64,000 nucleotides of DNA from a virus. Below, in pieces: positions 1 to 9,211 of this stretch. The notes beneath the pieces are model-generated. The model did no database searches. It saw only the letters and a list, made by a program, of their open reading frames with translations, and had not been told where the DNA came from. The stretch covers positions 32,001 through 96,000 of the IMG/VR virus record IMGVR_UViG_3300024264_000006; one strand, given 5' to 3'. The position numbers and the translations under genes are program-made. The stretch's first letter is position 1; each line of letters starts with the position of its first letter.

Positions 1-26
1 TTGAAACCATACAGTCGAAAGAAAAA

Positions 27-614
27 ATGAGAAAAGTGTTTTTTATTGGTTACAATAGGACTGCGACAACATCCTTTCACGAGATGTTTATTAAGTGTGG
101 GTATAAATCAATACACTGCATTGCAAAGGATGAGGGCCATATTGGAAGAATCATAGAGGATAACGTTCTCAGTAATTCACCTATACTCAAAACTATTGAT
201 GGTGCAGACGCATACTCTGACCTGTGTTTTATGAAGTTGGGTAGGTGTGTAGAGGGACAACAATATTATCGTGAACTGTATAATGAATATCCGGATTCGT
301 ACTTCATACTACAGACCCGAAAACTTGAAGATTGGATTCGTAGTAGATCGAAACATAAGAGAGGAGACTTCATGAAGCGGTGTATGAAGTTTTGTCAGAT
401 CAGAAATGCTAGAGAGATGCGAGACCATTGGAGAAAAGAAAGAACCGGATTTGAAGTCGAGGTAATGCAGTTCTTTTCTCTTCGTTCCAAAGCAAGATTT
501 ATGAGGTATGACATCGACAATAACCACATTGTTGAACTCATAAACTTCCTCAAGTCAGACTTTCCCGACCTTAATGAAAAGAACTTTGGTCATAGAAACA
601 AAACACTCCGATAA
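27..614 (+). CDS. sulfotransferase-family (P-loop) protein
   Basis: N-terminal KVFFIGYNRTATTSF resembles the PAPS-binding loop; ILQTRKLEDWIRSR resembles the 3'-PB motif. Confidence 0.65.
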   Translation: MRKVFFIGYNRTATTSFHEMFIKCGYKSIHCIAKDEGHIGRIIEDNVLSNSPILKTIDGADAYSDLCFMKLGRCVEGQQYYRELYNEYPDSYFILQTRKLEDWIRSRSKHKRGDFMKRCMKFCQIRNAREMRDHWRKERTGFEVEVMQFFSLRSKARFMRYDIDNNHIVELINFLKSDFPDLNEKNFGHRNKTLR

Positions 615-618
615 AACA

Positions 619-626
619 TATAAATA
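619..626 (+). promoter_or_regulatory. T4-type late promoter (TATAAATA)
   Basis: Exact TATAAATA about 25 nt upstream of gp2. Confidence 0.8.
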
Positions 627-651
627 AAGATAGTAAAATAGAGGAACCTCT

Positions 652-1236
652 GTGTCAAATATATTTAACAGATTAGAACTACAGGCATTCAGGGCTGGGA
701 TTACACCCCGCACTAAGGAAAGCCGTGAGTGGTTCATGAAGAAAGCAAAGAATCTTCGATCTATCAACCGTGAAGCGTTGATGGATGAAGACCCACTGAA
801 AAGACGAAGTAAACAGATTGTGGGTTCTATGCAGATGTTTTTCTATGACCCGAAACATAAAGACACACTACCATACTATGACACGTTTCCGTTGGTGGTT
901 GTTGTAGGGCCTGCTGAAGGTGGGTTCTATGGTTTGAATTTACATTACCTTCCACCTATTCTACGTGCGAAGATGTTAGATGGTCTCATGGGTATAGCAG
1001 GAAGTAAATTAGATGATAACAGTAAATTCAAATTGTCTTATGCAATGTTGAAGAAGTCATCTAAGTTGAAGTATTTCGAACCTTGTTTCAAACACTACTT
1101 AAACAAACACGTACAGAGTAAGTTTGCAGAAGTACCAGCACCAGAGTGGGAGATTGCAACATTCTTACCAACAGCGAACTTCCGCAAACGTAATTCTAAG
1201 AAAGTTTACTACGATTCAAGGCAGATGTTAGGATGA
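652..1236 (+). CDS. 2: DNA end protector protein (T4 gp2-like)
   Basis: YDPKHKDTLPYYDTFPLV, GLNLHYLPP and W..ATFLPTA motifs typical of gp2. Confidence 0.9.
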   Translation: MSNIFNRLELQAFRAGITPRTKESREWFMKKAKNLRSINREALMDEDPLKRRSKQIVGSMQMFFYDPKHKDTLPYYDTFPLVVVVGPAEGGFYGLNLHYLPPILRAKMLDGLMGIAGSKLDDNSKFKLSYAMLKKSSKLKYFEPCFKHYLNKHVQSKFAEVPAPEWEIATFLPTANFRKRNSKKVYYDSRQMLG

Positions 1237-1955
1237 GCAATAGCATAGACGATTTAAAAGGTGCTGTAGGTGGTGGATCAGGGTTTGCATTACCCAACCT
1301 ATTCAAAGTAATACTACCTGAGATTGCAGGCATTGGGCCTAGAGAGTTAGAGGTACTCTGTAAAAGTGTTGTATTGCCTGGCAGACAGATTCAATCTCAA
1401 GATTATCAGACTGGTACTGCAACTAAAAAGATTGCAACCGGATATATCACACCAGATATTTCTTTAACATTTTATGTGATGAATGATCACAAAATTACTA
1501 GATACTTTGATGAATGGCAAAGATTGGCCCATGATCCTATAAACTACACGGTGGGTTATTATGAGGGTGAAGGCGGATATGGTCAAACCGTCACAATCGA
1601 ACAATTACAAAAGGGTGCTGGATTTTCCTTGTTTAAAAAACAACTTGGTTTTATGGATAAGGTTCCGCAATCAATTAAGAACCATCTACCGGACTTAGGA
1701 TTTATTGACCTCTCTCAAGGAGAGATAGATATAAGTCTTGGGTCACAAAGTAATTCAGTGAGGAAGATAGAGTTGCTTCAAGCCTATCCGACTTCCGTGA
1801 ATGAGATACAATTAGGTAACGATCAGAATGATCAAATTACTGAATTGAGTGTGCAGCTTTCATACAAAGACTGGTATGATAAAGGTGCAAAAGGGCCGAA
1901 TAGTGGTCTTGGTGATGCCATCATTGGTGGTGTACTGGGATCATTGTTGAATTAA
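1233..1955 (+). CDS. 54: baseplate tail-tube initiator (gp54/gp19 fold)
   Basis: CKSVVLPGR, YFDEWQ, AYPTSV...LSVQLSY tube-fold motifs; lies between gp2 and gp26. Confidence 0.75.
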   Translation: MSNSIDDLKGAVGGGSGFALPNLFKVILPEIAGIGPRELEVLCKSVVLPGRQIQSQDYQTGTATKKIATGYITPDISLTFYVMNDHKITRYFDEWQRLAHDPINYTVGYYEGEGGYGQTVTIEQLQKGAGFSLFKKQLGFMDKVPQSIKNHLPDLGFIDLSQGEIDISLGSQSNSVRKIELLQAYPTSVNEIQLGNDQNDQITELSVQLSYKDWYDKGAKGPNSGLGDAIIGGVLGSLLN

Positions 1956-1980
1956 ATAATTTTAAATTAGGAGAAGTGAT

Positions 1981-2688
1981 ATGGCGTTGCCAGTAATTAA
2001 TAGTAGTCCACAGTATGATTTGGTTATTCCGTCTACAGGACAAAAGGTTGAATTCAGGCCATACTTGGTCAAAGAAGAAAAGGTTCTTATGGTTGCATTT
2101 GAATCTGGAGACCAGAAACAAGCAACCAAGGCCATCGGTAATACATTGAATGCATGTATTACGACAGATGACGTAGATGTATTCGAACTCACAACATATG
2201 ATATCGAATACCTTTTCACGCAGATTAGAACGAAATCTGTTGGTGAAACATCAAGGGTAGTTATCCCTTGTACTTCTTGTGAACACAAGAATGACGTAGA
2301 GATTAATCTGGAGACCGTTCAAATTGAGAACGCAGAGAACTCTACAGAGACTATTAACATTACGGATGACATTCTTCTTGAATTGTGTTATCCGACATAC
2401 CGTAGAATTCTAGATCAAGAATCTACAGGTACAGGAGAGGATGGTCTAGTATTGGCAGAAACATGTGTTAAAGCCATCTTGACCGAAGAAGAAAGATTTG
2501 ACGTTACGGAATTGAGTGATGGAGAACTGAGAGAGTTCCTTGAAAATCTGACTACAGATCAGTTCAAGGGAATCACAGATTTCTTGATCAGGATTCCGAA
2601 ACTGGAACATACAGTGGAGTTCAATTGTGTTCAGTGTAAAGAAGCTAACACAACGACATTGAGAGGGATGAGAGATTTTTTATCCTAA
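1981..2688 (+). CDS. 26: baseplate hub assembly protein gp26
   Basis: MALP...IPSTG..V.FRPYLVKEEKVL, DIEYLF.QIR.KSVGE, two CxxC pairs. Confidence 0.9.
   Translation: MALPVINSSPQYDLVIPSTGQKVEFRPYLVKEEKVLMVAFESGDQKQATKAIGNTLNACITTDDVDVFELTTYDIEYLFTQIRTKSVGETSRVVIPCTSCEHKNDVEINLETVQIENAENSTETINITDDILLELCYPTYRRILDQESTGTGEDGLVLAETCVKAILTEEERFDVTELSDGELREFLENLTTDQFKGITDFLIRIPKLEHTVEFNCVQCKEANTTTLRGMRDFLS
2676..2682 (+). promoter_or_regulatory. candidate -1 ribosomal frameshift heptamer T TTT TTA
   Basis: X XXY YYZ heptamer in the gp26 frame, two codons before the stop; the -1 frame is open into gp51. Confidence 0.6.
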
Positions 2689-2705
2689 ACCTTTCTCACG
2701 ATAAT

Positions 2706-2867
2706 TTGGTCAATCATTACAAGACCAATTTTTCGTTAATGCAACATCATCATTACAGTTTGACTGAATTAGAAATGATGATGCCGTGGGAAAGGGAGAT
2801 ATACGTTAGTATGTTAATTGATTATGTTAAGGAAGAAAACGATAGATTAAAACAAATTAAAAAGTAG
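2706..2867 (+). CDS. 51: baseplate hub assembly catalyst gp51-like (not in ORF track)
   Basis: Translates to LVNHYKTNFSLMQHHHYSLTELEMMMPWEREIYVSMLIDYVKEEN, the gp51 signature; start uncertain (TTG 2706, ATG 2739, or frameshift from gp26). Confidence 0.85.
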   Translation: MVNHYKTNFSLMQHHHYSLTELEMMMPWEREIYVSMLIDYVKEENDRLKQIKK

Positions 2868-2878
2868 AGTATTAATCA

Positions 2879-5191
2879 ATGGCAGATGCAACTTTAAAGG
2901 ACGTAATTGATCGTCTTAAGAGAGAAGGACAGTTAACTAGAAATAGTTCTACTGGCCATTCTATTAGGACAGTGAAAGAAGTTCTGGCAGAACAACACGG
3001 TCAAGACCGAACCTTGTTGCAAGACATGAAGGATGCGTTTGCCTCAATATCACGTTCTGAATCCGGAGTAGAGTCTGAAGAAACAGAAACCACTAATCCC
3101 TCTGGGCAAACCAAAGGGGACATCGAAGAAAGACAAAGAGAAACCGACGATTTTAATTCTAGTCTTCTAGAAGCTCAACTAGAAAATAACAAACTCATGA
3201 CCGATCTTATTAGCGTCATGAAAAAAGGTAATAAGGGTGGGAACAATATTGGTTTATTTGGCCGAGTGTTGGGTGGAGCAGCTGCTGGACTTGCATTAGG
3301 TGCTGGTGGTATCGCTGCACTTGGTTTAGGTATTGGTGCATTCTTTGTTGGTTTACAAGCAAGTGACCTTGCGATTGGTTTCTTTGATACCCCCCCAAAC
3401 TATGACAACATCATTGCTGGAGCGAAAGCTGTAGGTCAAATATTCAAAGAACTGGATGCTCAAACAATTGTATCTGTAGGTAGTCTGTTGCTTGCTGGTG
3501 GTTTTGCCGGTCTATTTGGTAAATTTGCTGGATTTAGTGTAGCTGGTGGTATGACTGCTATCGCAATGGGTATCGGTGGATTTTTTGCCGGTTTCCAACT
3601 TGCTGAAAAGGGTCTTACTTGGTTGGGAGTAGTGGATAAACTGGACAGTCTTAAAGCAGCTGCACGAGGTGTAGGTGACTTTTTCTCGGAATTCATAAAA
3701 CATGAAAACGCCTTAGAAATGGCCGGAGTAATGTTAGGGGGAGCAGGATTTGCAGCTCTCTTTGGTGTTGGAAAATCTGTAAGCGCAGCTATTGGTATGA
3801 CATTGATAGGTGCTGGAATTGCCGGATTCTTTGCTTCGTTTGTCGGGTTAGATGCTCTTTCTGGAGCACTTGGTGCAAATGGTAGCAATCTTGGCCCCAT
3901 GATGGAGAACATTGCTAAAGGTTTAACAGCATTCTTTAGTCTGCCTGCGGCCGCAATAGCTGGTCTTTTTGTTGCGGGTGGACTATTTGGTTATGCGCCT
4001 GGTTTGGGTGTTAAAGCTGGAGTCGGTCTTGCAATTGTAGGCGCCGGTCTAGGAGCATTCTTTGCGGGATTTGGTGCAGCTGACGCCGTAGCTGGTCTAC
4101 TTAGAAGTGATGGTAGTACCATGGCATCATTGATGACTAACATGGCCACTGGATTGTCTGCACTTGCAGAAGTCGATGGTATGGCATTACTTGGTACTGC
4201 TGGTGCGATGTTAGCGATGGGGCCTGCTATGCTTGCATTCTTGGGAGCTAAAGGATTGCTGGGAGTAGCTGACAGTTTCGCCGCCATCAAAGATTTTGTT
4301 GGTGGTCTATTTGGTGCTGAGGAAGGTAAAAGTCTTTTTGAAAAGGTTGCTGATTCTCTTAATGCATTTGAGGACGTAGACGGTAAGAACCTTCAACATA
4401 TTGCGGATTCTGTCCAACCTCTTATTGATTATGCACACGCACTAGAATATTTTGAAGGCATGAATGTAGATCAAATAACAGAAAAACTCAAAGACCTTGG
4501 GTTAGTTATGGGTGACATCAACAAACTCATGATCGCCTTATATGAAGGCGGAGAAATAGTAGATGGTGTCTTTAAGGGTGTAACGGTCAAGGTTGGATTG
4601 AAAGATGTTCCAACAGAAGAGATAGAAGCCAAGTTGAAACCTATTGCTGTAGCGTTGGACATTGATACATCATCGCTTGACGGAAAGGTATTGACAATCG
4701 GTGCTGAACTGGCAGGTCAGTTGAATGATGTCGTTGTTGAAAATAACGTTACTGGCGATGCGACTGAAACTTCAACTAACCTAGTGATTCCAGAAGAACT
4801 TCGTACCCTTGACAATCCGTATATACCCGATACAGATGAGATGAAAGAGAATTCGACAGAAGGGACGCCACCAAACTTTAAATTAGAAACCCCTCCACCT
4901 GTCTTTGATGGGTTGAAGGTAGAGTCTCCAAAGGTTGAAATCCATGCGCCTAATCTCACACCACCAACAGACATAGAGGCGCCACAAGCATCTAAAAGAG
5001 AAATACAAAATATGGTGTTGGGACAACAACAGCAAGAACTTGCTACAACAACAAGCAACAATAACATAAATGTTATTGACGCTAAACAAACCGCTGTTAC
5101 CACAAATAGCAGCAGTTCATCAACAACAAACTTGATAGGTTCAAGGGGTTCTTCCATGAATGGTAGTGCTCCGTCATGGCGAATTGGATAA
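2879..5191 (+). CDS. tape-measure/gp29-like baseplate hub protein
   Basis: 770 aa directly after gp26/51; repeated Gly/Ala hydrophobic units; Asn/Thr/Ser-rich C-terminus. Confidence 0.6.
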   Translation: MADATLKDVIDRLKREGQLTRNSSTGHSIRTVKEVLAEQHGQDRTLLQDMKDAFASISRSESGVESEETETTNPSGQTKGDIEERQRETDDFNSSLLEAQLENNKLMTDLISVMKKGNKGGNNIGLFGRVLGGAAAGLALGAGGIAALGLGIGAFFVGLQASDLAIGFFDTPPNYDNIIAGAKAVGQIFKELDAQTIVSVGSLLLAGGFAGLFGKFAGFSVAGGMTAIAMGIGGFFAGFQLAEKGLTWLGVVDKLDSLKAAARGVGDFFSEFIKHENALEMAGVMLGGAGFAALFGVGKSVSAAIGMTLIGAGIAGFFASFVGLDALSGALGANGSNLGPMMENIAKGLTAFFSLPAAAIAGLFVAGGLFGYAPGLGVKAGVGLAIVGAGLGAFFAGFGAADAVAGLLRSDGSTMASLMTNMATGLSALAEVDGMALLGTAGAMLAMGPAMLAFLGAKGLLGVADSFAAIKDFVGGLFGAEEGKSLFEKVADSLNAFEDVDGKNLQHIADSVQPLIDYAHALEYFEGMNVDQITEKLKDLGLVMGDINKLMIALYEGGEIVDGVFKGVTVKVGLKDVPTEEIEAKLKPIAVALDIDTSSLDGKVLTIGAELAGQLNDVVVENNVTGDATETSTNLVIPEELRTLDNPYIPDTDEMKENSTEGTPPNFKLETPPPVFDGLKVESPKVEIHAPNLTPPTDIEAPQASKREIQNMVLGQQQQELATTTSNNNINVIDAKQTAVTTNSSSSSTTNLIGSRGSSMNGSAPSWRIG

Positions 5192-5223
5192 CATTATGCG
5201 TAATATAATAAGAGAGAGTACGC

Positions 5224-5697
5224 ATGGTAGAGATAGGAGTAGCGATATCAATCGCAAGTTCGGCATATAATGCCATTAGGGGCGCAGTAGAAAGGGGTAG
5301 AGAAGCCCAAGAATTGGTTCACGTCTTCTCTAAATTCTTTGATGCGTCCGATCAGATTAGTGAAGCGAGTATTAAAAACTCAAAAGCACCGAATGTCACT
5401 AAACTTTTTAGTGGAAGCAGTGTTGAATCACAAGCACTAGAAATCACAGCGGCTAGACATAAGATCATGGCCATGGAAAAGGAACTCAGAGATTTTCTAA
5501 TATACTCTGGTCAATCTGCATTCTATGAAGATATGATGGAAGAACGCAAGAGGATACGCAGAAGAAGAATATTGGTTGCGAATAAAGCGGCTGAGAAAAG
5601 GGCATTCTATATTGACATGGTTGCGTTGGTAGTTGGTATTGGAGTTTCTGTCGCAACGATTGTTTTCACAGTATCATTCATTGCCAGTGCATCATAA
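5224..5697 (+). CDS. hypothetical membrane-anchored coiled-coil protein
   Basis: Helical ORF with a C-terminal transmembrane segment. Confidence 0.6.
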   Translation: MVEIGVAISIASSAYNAIRGAVERGREAQELVHVFSKFFDASDQISEASIKNSKAPNVTKLFSGSSVESQALEITAARHKIMAMEKELRDFLIYSGQSAFYEDMMEERKRIRRRRILVANKAAEKRAFYIDMVALVVGIGVSVATIVFTVSFIASAS

Positions 5698-5722
5698 AAA
5701 AAGGGGACATAAAGTCCCCCTT
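5696..5722. terminator. intrinsic terminator between convergent genes
   Basis: GGGGAC-ATAAA-GTCCCC hairpin with an A7 run (T-tract on the - strand, downstream of gp32). Confidence 0.8.
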
Positions 5723-5738
5723 CTCTAATAGACAATAA

Positions 5739-6659
5739 TTAGTCTTCTTGTGCCATCTTGGCAAAGTAAGATAATGTATCGTCTTCGTCATCTTCCTTAC
5801 CCACGGCAGGGGCAGGAGAACTAACGATCTCAGGTTCAGGAGCAGAACGTCCAACGTTCTCTTCCGCAGTCTGAGAAATGTTTGCAGTAGCAGCTACTGC
5901 GTTTGTACCTACAGCAGTACCAAGTACTACCTCAAGGCGACCCTTCAACTCATCATATGGTTTGAAGGATTTTGGTGCAGTGAACTCACCCAGATCGAAC
6001 ATCTGGTTGTAAGTCGCTTCCAGTTTCACTTCGTCCGCTTCGTAAAGGGCAGAAGGTGCTTTGAACTCAGACTTGTCATAGTTACGGTAACCCGCTACAT
6101 TACGAATCTTGAGTTGGAAGTCCGCACCATTCCAGAAATCGAAAGGAACCACTGGTTCTTCGCCTGGAAATTCTGGTTGCATTTTATCCATGATCTTATC
6201 GAAAATCTTCTTTCCGAAATCATAGAGAAATACCTTGCCGTTATTGGCAGGGTTTGATGGGTCTTGAACCACAAGGATGTTAGACACATAATGAAGTCTA
6301 CGCTTCTGTTTACGTGCAGTATCCTTATCATCTTCAATACCAGAATTCCATAGTCGAGTGTTAAGTTCAGACACAGGATCGTTCTGACCAATAGTAGTCA
6401 AAGACTTCTCAATGTACCACTGACCAGATGGCCCTTTAAAGAAGTGATCCCAATACCGTACCCAAGGCAACTCTTGTCCTTCAGCCGCTGGCAAGAAGCG
6501 AACAACGGCATAACCGTTACCACCTTCATCGACAGTAGGTTTCCAGAAACGGTCATCACCGTAGGATTTTTTTTCAGTACCACCACCATTCATTTCATTG
6601 GCGGCAGATACCAGTTTAGTTACGTCCATTGATTTGGACTTAAGATTAGCAAAGCTCAT
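5739..6659 (-). CDS. 32: single-stranded DNA-binding protein gp32
   Basis: DDRFWKP..D..GNGYAVVRFLPA, FGKKIFDKI, NYDKSEF, acidic tail DDTLSYFAKMA. Confidence 0.97.
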   Translation of the reverse strand: MSFANLKSKSMDVTKLVSAANEMNGGGTEKKSYGDDRFWKPTVDEGGNGYAVVRFLPAAEGQELPWVRYWDHFFKGPSGQWYIEKSLTTIGQNDPVSELNTRLWNSGIEDDKDTARKQKRRLHYVSNILVVQDPSNPANNGKVFLYDFGKKIFDKIMDKMQPEFPGEEPVVPFDFWNGADFQLKIRNVAGYRNYDKSEFKAPSALYEADEVKLEATYNQMFDLGEFTAPKSFKPYDELKGRLEVVLGTAVGTNAVAATANISQTAEENVGRSAPEPEIVSSPAPAVGKEDDEDDTLSYFAKMAQED

Positions 6660-6720
6660 ATATTTCTCCGTATTTTATTTGTATATCTTTGTATTAACGT
6701 TTTATCCACGTATGCATCAT

Positions 6721-6750
6721 ATAATACACTATTTATACGCTGTGTGTCAA
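6721..6750 (-). promoter_or_regulatory. overlapping sigma70-like early and T4 late promoters for gp32
   Basis: TTGACA-N18-TATTAT with TATAAATA (6730-6737) inside the spacer. Confidence 0.65.
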
Positions 6751-7332
6751 GCGTTTTTTAAACCAAGCAACTAAAGAAACTCTTCTTCCTTTGGTTATCT
6801 TGGTTACTTCATGAAAAGTGCTAGATGGAAAAGCAACGGTTTCCCCTACTTTTAAATCTATCACTTGACTTCCGTTCCGTTCTCTATCTTCAAAAAGACA
6901 AAGTTCTCCACCCTCTAGATTGTCACTAGTATATATTAAAGTACTACTAGAGACTTCTCTATCGTACAGGTGGGTTTGTTTAGCTAGTTCTGTAAGTTTA
7001 GGATTAAGTTCAAGAAGTTCTTTCTTTCCTGAAAATGTATCCTTATGTAGAGCGAAGTAAGACCCCTCCACATACTCAAGTAAATCGATCTGACCAATCT
7101 CCACTTCAGGATTCCCCAACCACTCTTCAAGTTCATTCATGGTGTCAGGGATCATGGTTTGATTTATCACTACTCTGTGAGTTTTACGATAATCGGGAAT
7201 ACTAACACCATGACTATTACTACCAGCGGTTTTAATAATAGCATCAGTTTTGGCCACGTCTTCACAACAGTCCAAGAGTTCTTGAATAGACTCTTCAGTA
7301 AGAGCGATTCCTTTTTTTATTATCCCAACCAT
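6733..7332 (-). CDS. 2OG-Fe(II) oxygenase (prolyl-hydroxylase-like)
   Basis: HKD...GGEL...FPS..FHEVT.IT.G.R.SLV.W. Confidence 0.85.
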   Translation of the reverse strand: MVGIIKKGIALTEESIQELLDCCEDVAKTDAIIKTAGSNSHGVSIPDYRKTHRVVINQTMIPDTMNELEEWLGNPEVEIGQIDLLEYVEGSYFALHKDTFSGKKELLELNPKLTELAKQTHLYDREVSSSTLIYTSDNLEGGELCLFEDRERNGSQVIDLKVGETVAFPSSTFHEVTKITKGRRVSLVAWFKKRLTHSV

Positions 7333-7913
7333 ACAACCAAAACCTCACGGTAACCAGACCGAATCTTTGTCACCTCATGTAGAAAGTGTGACGGAAAAAA
7401 TACTGTTTCTCCCGACTCTAGTACAATTTCATGAGCCAGTCCTTTTCTCCACACAACTAGTTTACCCCCTTTGAGGTCTTCAGAATGATCCAACATGGTG
7501 ACGGAAGTTACCCTCCGAAGCGTATGTTGTCCTGAAGAATCGATAGTCTTCTGATCATCTGTGTGTGGGGAAAAGATATCACCCTCAACATAACGCACAT
7601 AGTTTATATCTATAACTTTAATATCAGGATCAATTGAACGACTAGCAAACTCGTTTATTGGACTTACAATATCAGGTATTTCAGCTGTTGTAATTGCTTT
7701 ATTTTTACTCTTCCTAAACTCAGAACCTAATGCAGTAGTCAGTTTCTCTGTACTGGCCTTTTTGCCAGTTTTTGCCTGTTCGACATATATGGATTCACTT
7801 GATCCATCACTAACATGCGAAGAAACCCAAGGCGCATCATACTCCACCAACTCTTCACATTGATCGGAAGTTAGTATGTTGGCCTTAAGGGGTTCGAAGT
7901 CATAGTTAGACAT
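7320..7913 (-). CDS. 2OG-Fe(II) oxygenase (prolyl-hydroxylase-like)
   Basis: HTD...GGKL...FPS.FLHEVT.I.SG.R..LV.W. Confidence 0.85.
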   Translation of the reverse strand: MSNYDFEPLKANILTSDQCEELVEYDAPWVSSHVSDGSSESIYVEQAKTGKKASTEKLTTALGSEFRKSKNKAITTAEIPDIVSPINEFASRSIDPDIKVIDINYVRYVEGDIFSPHTDDQKTIDSSGQHTLRRVTSVTMLDHSEDLKGGKLVVWRKGLAHEIVLESGETVFFPSHFLHEVTKIRSGYREVLVVWLG

Positions 7914-8163
7914 CGAGAGTGCTCGTTGTGTTTTTAATGAAGTTGAGACCCATCGCCTCTACCTCTAAGTTTTCTTTGATTGAATCGTTCAGATACTTTT
8001 TAATATCCTCTACTTCAATGTTGTTTTTTTCACAGAGATGTACTATAGAATCAATATAGTTCATCCCCGTCTTCATCACTTCCGATTCCACCATCTTCGA
8101 AAAGTTCTTCTTCGTCAGGAAGTTCTTTTGTTCCGATTCTGTTGGGTTGATAGTTTTCGCCAT
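7906..8163 (-). CDS. 33: late transcription coactivator gp33
   Basis: YIDSIVHLCEKNNIEVE...IKENLEVEA..LNFI. Confidence 0.88.
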   Translation of the reverse strand: MAKTINPTESEQKNFLTKKNFSKMVESEVMKTGMNYIDSIVHLCEKNNIEVEDIKKYLNDSIKENLEVEAMGLNFIKNTTSTLDV

Positions 8164-8719
8164 ACCAAATTACCTCAAGTTCTTTTGACCACACCTGTGC
8201 TATATCCGGATACCAAACTCCGAAAGTTCTTTTAGGAGTACCGTCAGGGTAGTAGGCCATTGCAACACAAACACGTTGCACTTTGGATTCCATATTGGCC
8301 CCATAACGGAAGTCACTCCAATGTCCAGTGGACAGGTAGTTCTTCATGTTTTTGACGTAATTGAAGAGATCGTTATACTCACCCCTTTCTTTGGAATTGT
8401 TGGAATGCTTTAGACTGGACATCCCCTTCAACTTCATCTCATTATCTTTGATCCACTCTTTAACTTTCAATGGGTGTAACCAATGATCGTCAGGTAAATC
8501 TCTCAGTGAATGATGGACAGATTTGAGACCAGTAGCGCCACGAGCGGCACGTGCTTTTGCAAGACGTTCAATCGCAGCCTCTTTCTGTTCTGGAGTCATA
8601 GGTTTACGTTTGCGTTTAATTTTCTTGCGCTCGTATCCCAACTCTTTCATGGCAGCGTTTTGCTTTTTACGGCGAGTTTCCGCTGCCTTCTGTCCTTTTG
8701 TCATTCTTCTTTTAACCAA
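8051..8719 (-). CDS. conserved hypothetical basic protein
   Basis: Long ORF with a Lys/Arg-rich N-terminus, inside the operon. Confidence 0.6.
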   Translation of the reverse strand: MVKRRMTKGQKAAETRRKKQNAAMKELGYERKKIKRKRKPMTPEQKEAAIERLAKARAARGATGLKSVHHSLRDLPDDHWLHPLKVKEWIKDNEMKLKGMSSLKHSNNSKERGEYNDLFNYVKNMKNYLSTGHWSDFRYGANMESKVQRVCVAMAYYPDGTPKRTFGVWYPDIAQVWSKELEVIWYGENYQPNRIGTKELPDEEELFEDGGIGSDEDGDELY

Positions 8720-8969
8720 AGCTTAAAAGTTTATCTATACGAAAACTACGCCATTCTTGAATATCAGTATCAAAAACACGTAGAGTCGTATCTCCACCTA
8801 CTGCCTGATCTACTGATCCAGACTTAGGCATTTTTTCTTCAGGAATTGAAGACATGTTCAGTGTCGCTTTCATTTCACGAACTAAACCGTCTTTCACTTT
8901 TTCAAATGAAAGAGATACTACGCCTTCACGTAACATATCTAACATTTCATCTCGACTTAAATCAACCAT
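8712..8969 (-). CDS. WYL_2/SH3-like phage protein
   Basis: F.KV.DG..REM.ATL...VFD.D..EWRSFR.D motif; start reassigned to ATG 8969 after AGGAG. Confidence 0.7.
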   Translation of the reverse strand: MVDLSRDEMLDMLREGVVSLSFEKVKDGLVREMKATLNMSSIPEEKMPKSGSVDQAVGGDTTLRVFDTDIQEWRSFRIDKLLSFG

Positions 8970-9150
8970 TATTTTCTCCTTTGAAACGGTCACCATAGTG
9001 TGCATCAAGATATCGATCCGTATCCGGCCAGTGCATTTCAGTTTGGTCATCCAAGACTTCAATAGCCTTGTCTACCTTTTTCTTCATCATCATCTGTCTA
9101 CGTTGAGACTGTTGACGTTGTTGAACCTTCTGTGCAGCTCTTCGAATCAT
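8962..9150 (-). CDS. hypothetical protein
   Basis: ATG 9150 with AGAGGT RBS, downstream of the promoter at 9182-9211. Confidence 0.55.
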   Translation of the reverse strand: MIRRAAQKVQQRQQSQRRQMMMKKKVDKAIEVLDDQTEMHWPDTDRYLDAHYGDRFKGENNG

Positions 9151-9181
9151 TGCGTACCTCTTAGCTTTAAAATGTTCGTCC

Positions 9182-9211
9182 ATTATATACTTATGCTCCT
9201 TGAGTTGTCAA
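9182..9211 (-). promoter_or_regulatory. sigma70-like early promoter
   Basis: cgcTTGACA-N18-TATAAT. Confidence 0.6.

Noticed and set aside
3216-5157. Antisense ORFs inside the tape-measure-like gene, and similar opposite-strand ORFs throughout
   Set aside because: Shadow ORFs from codon bias of the real genes; no RBS or recognisable motifs.
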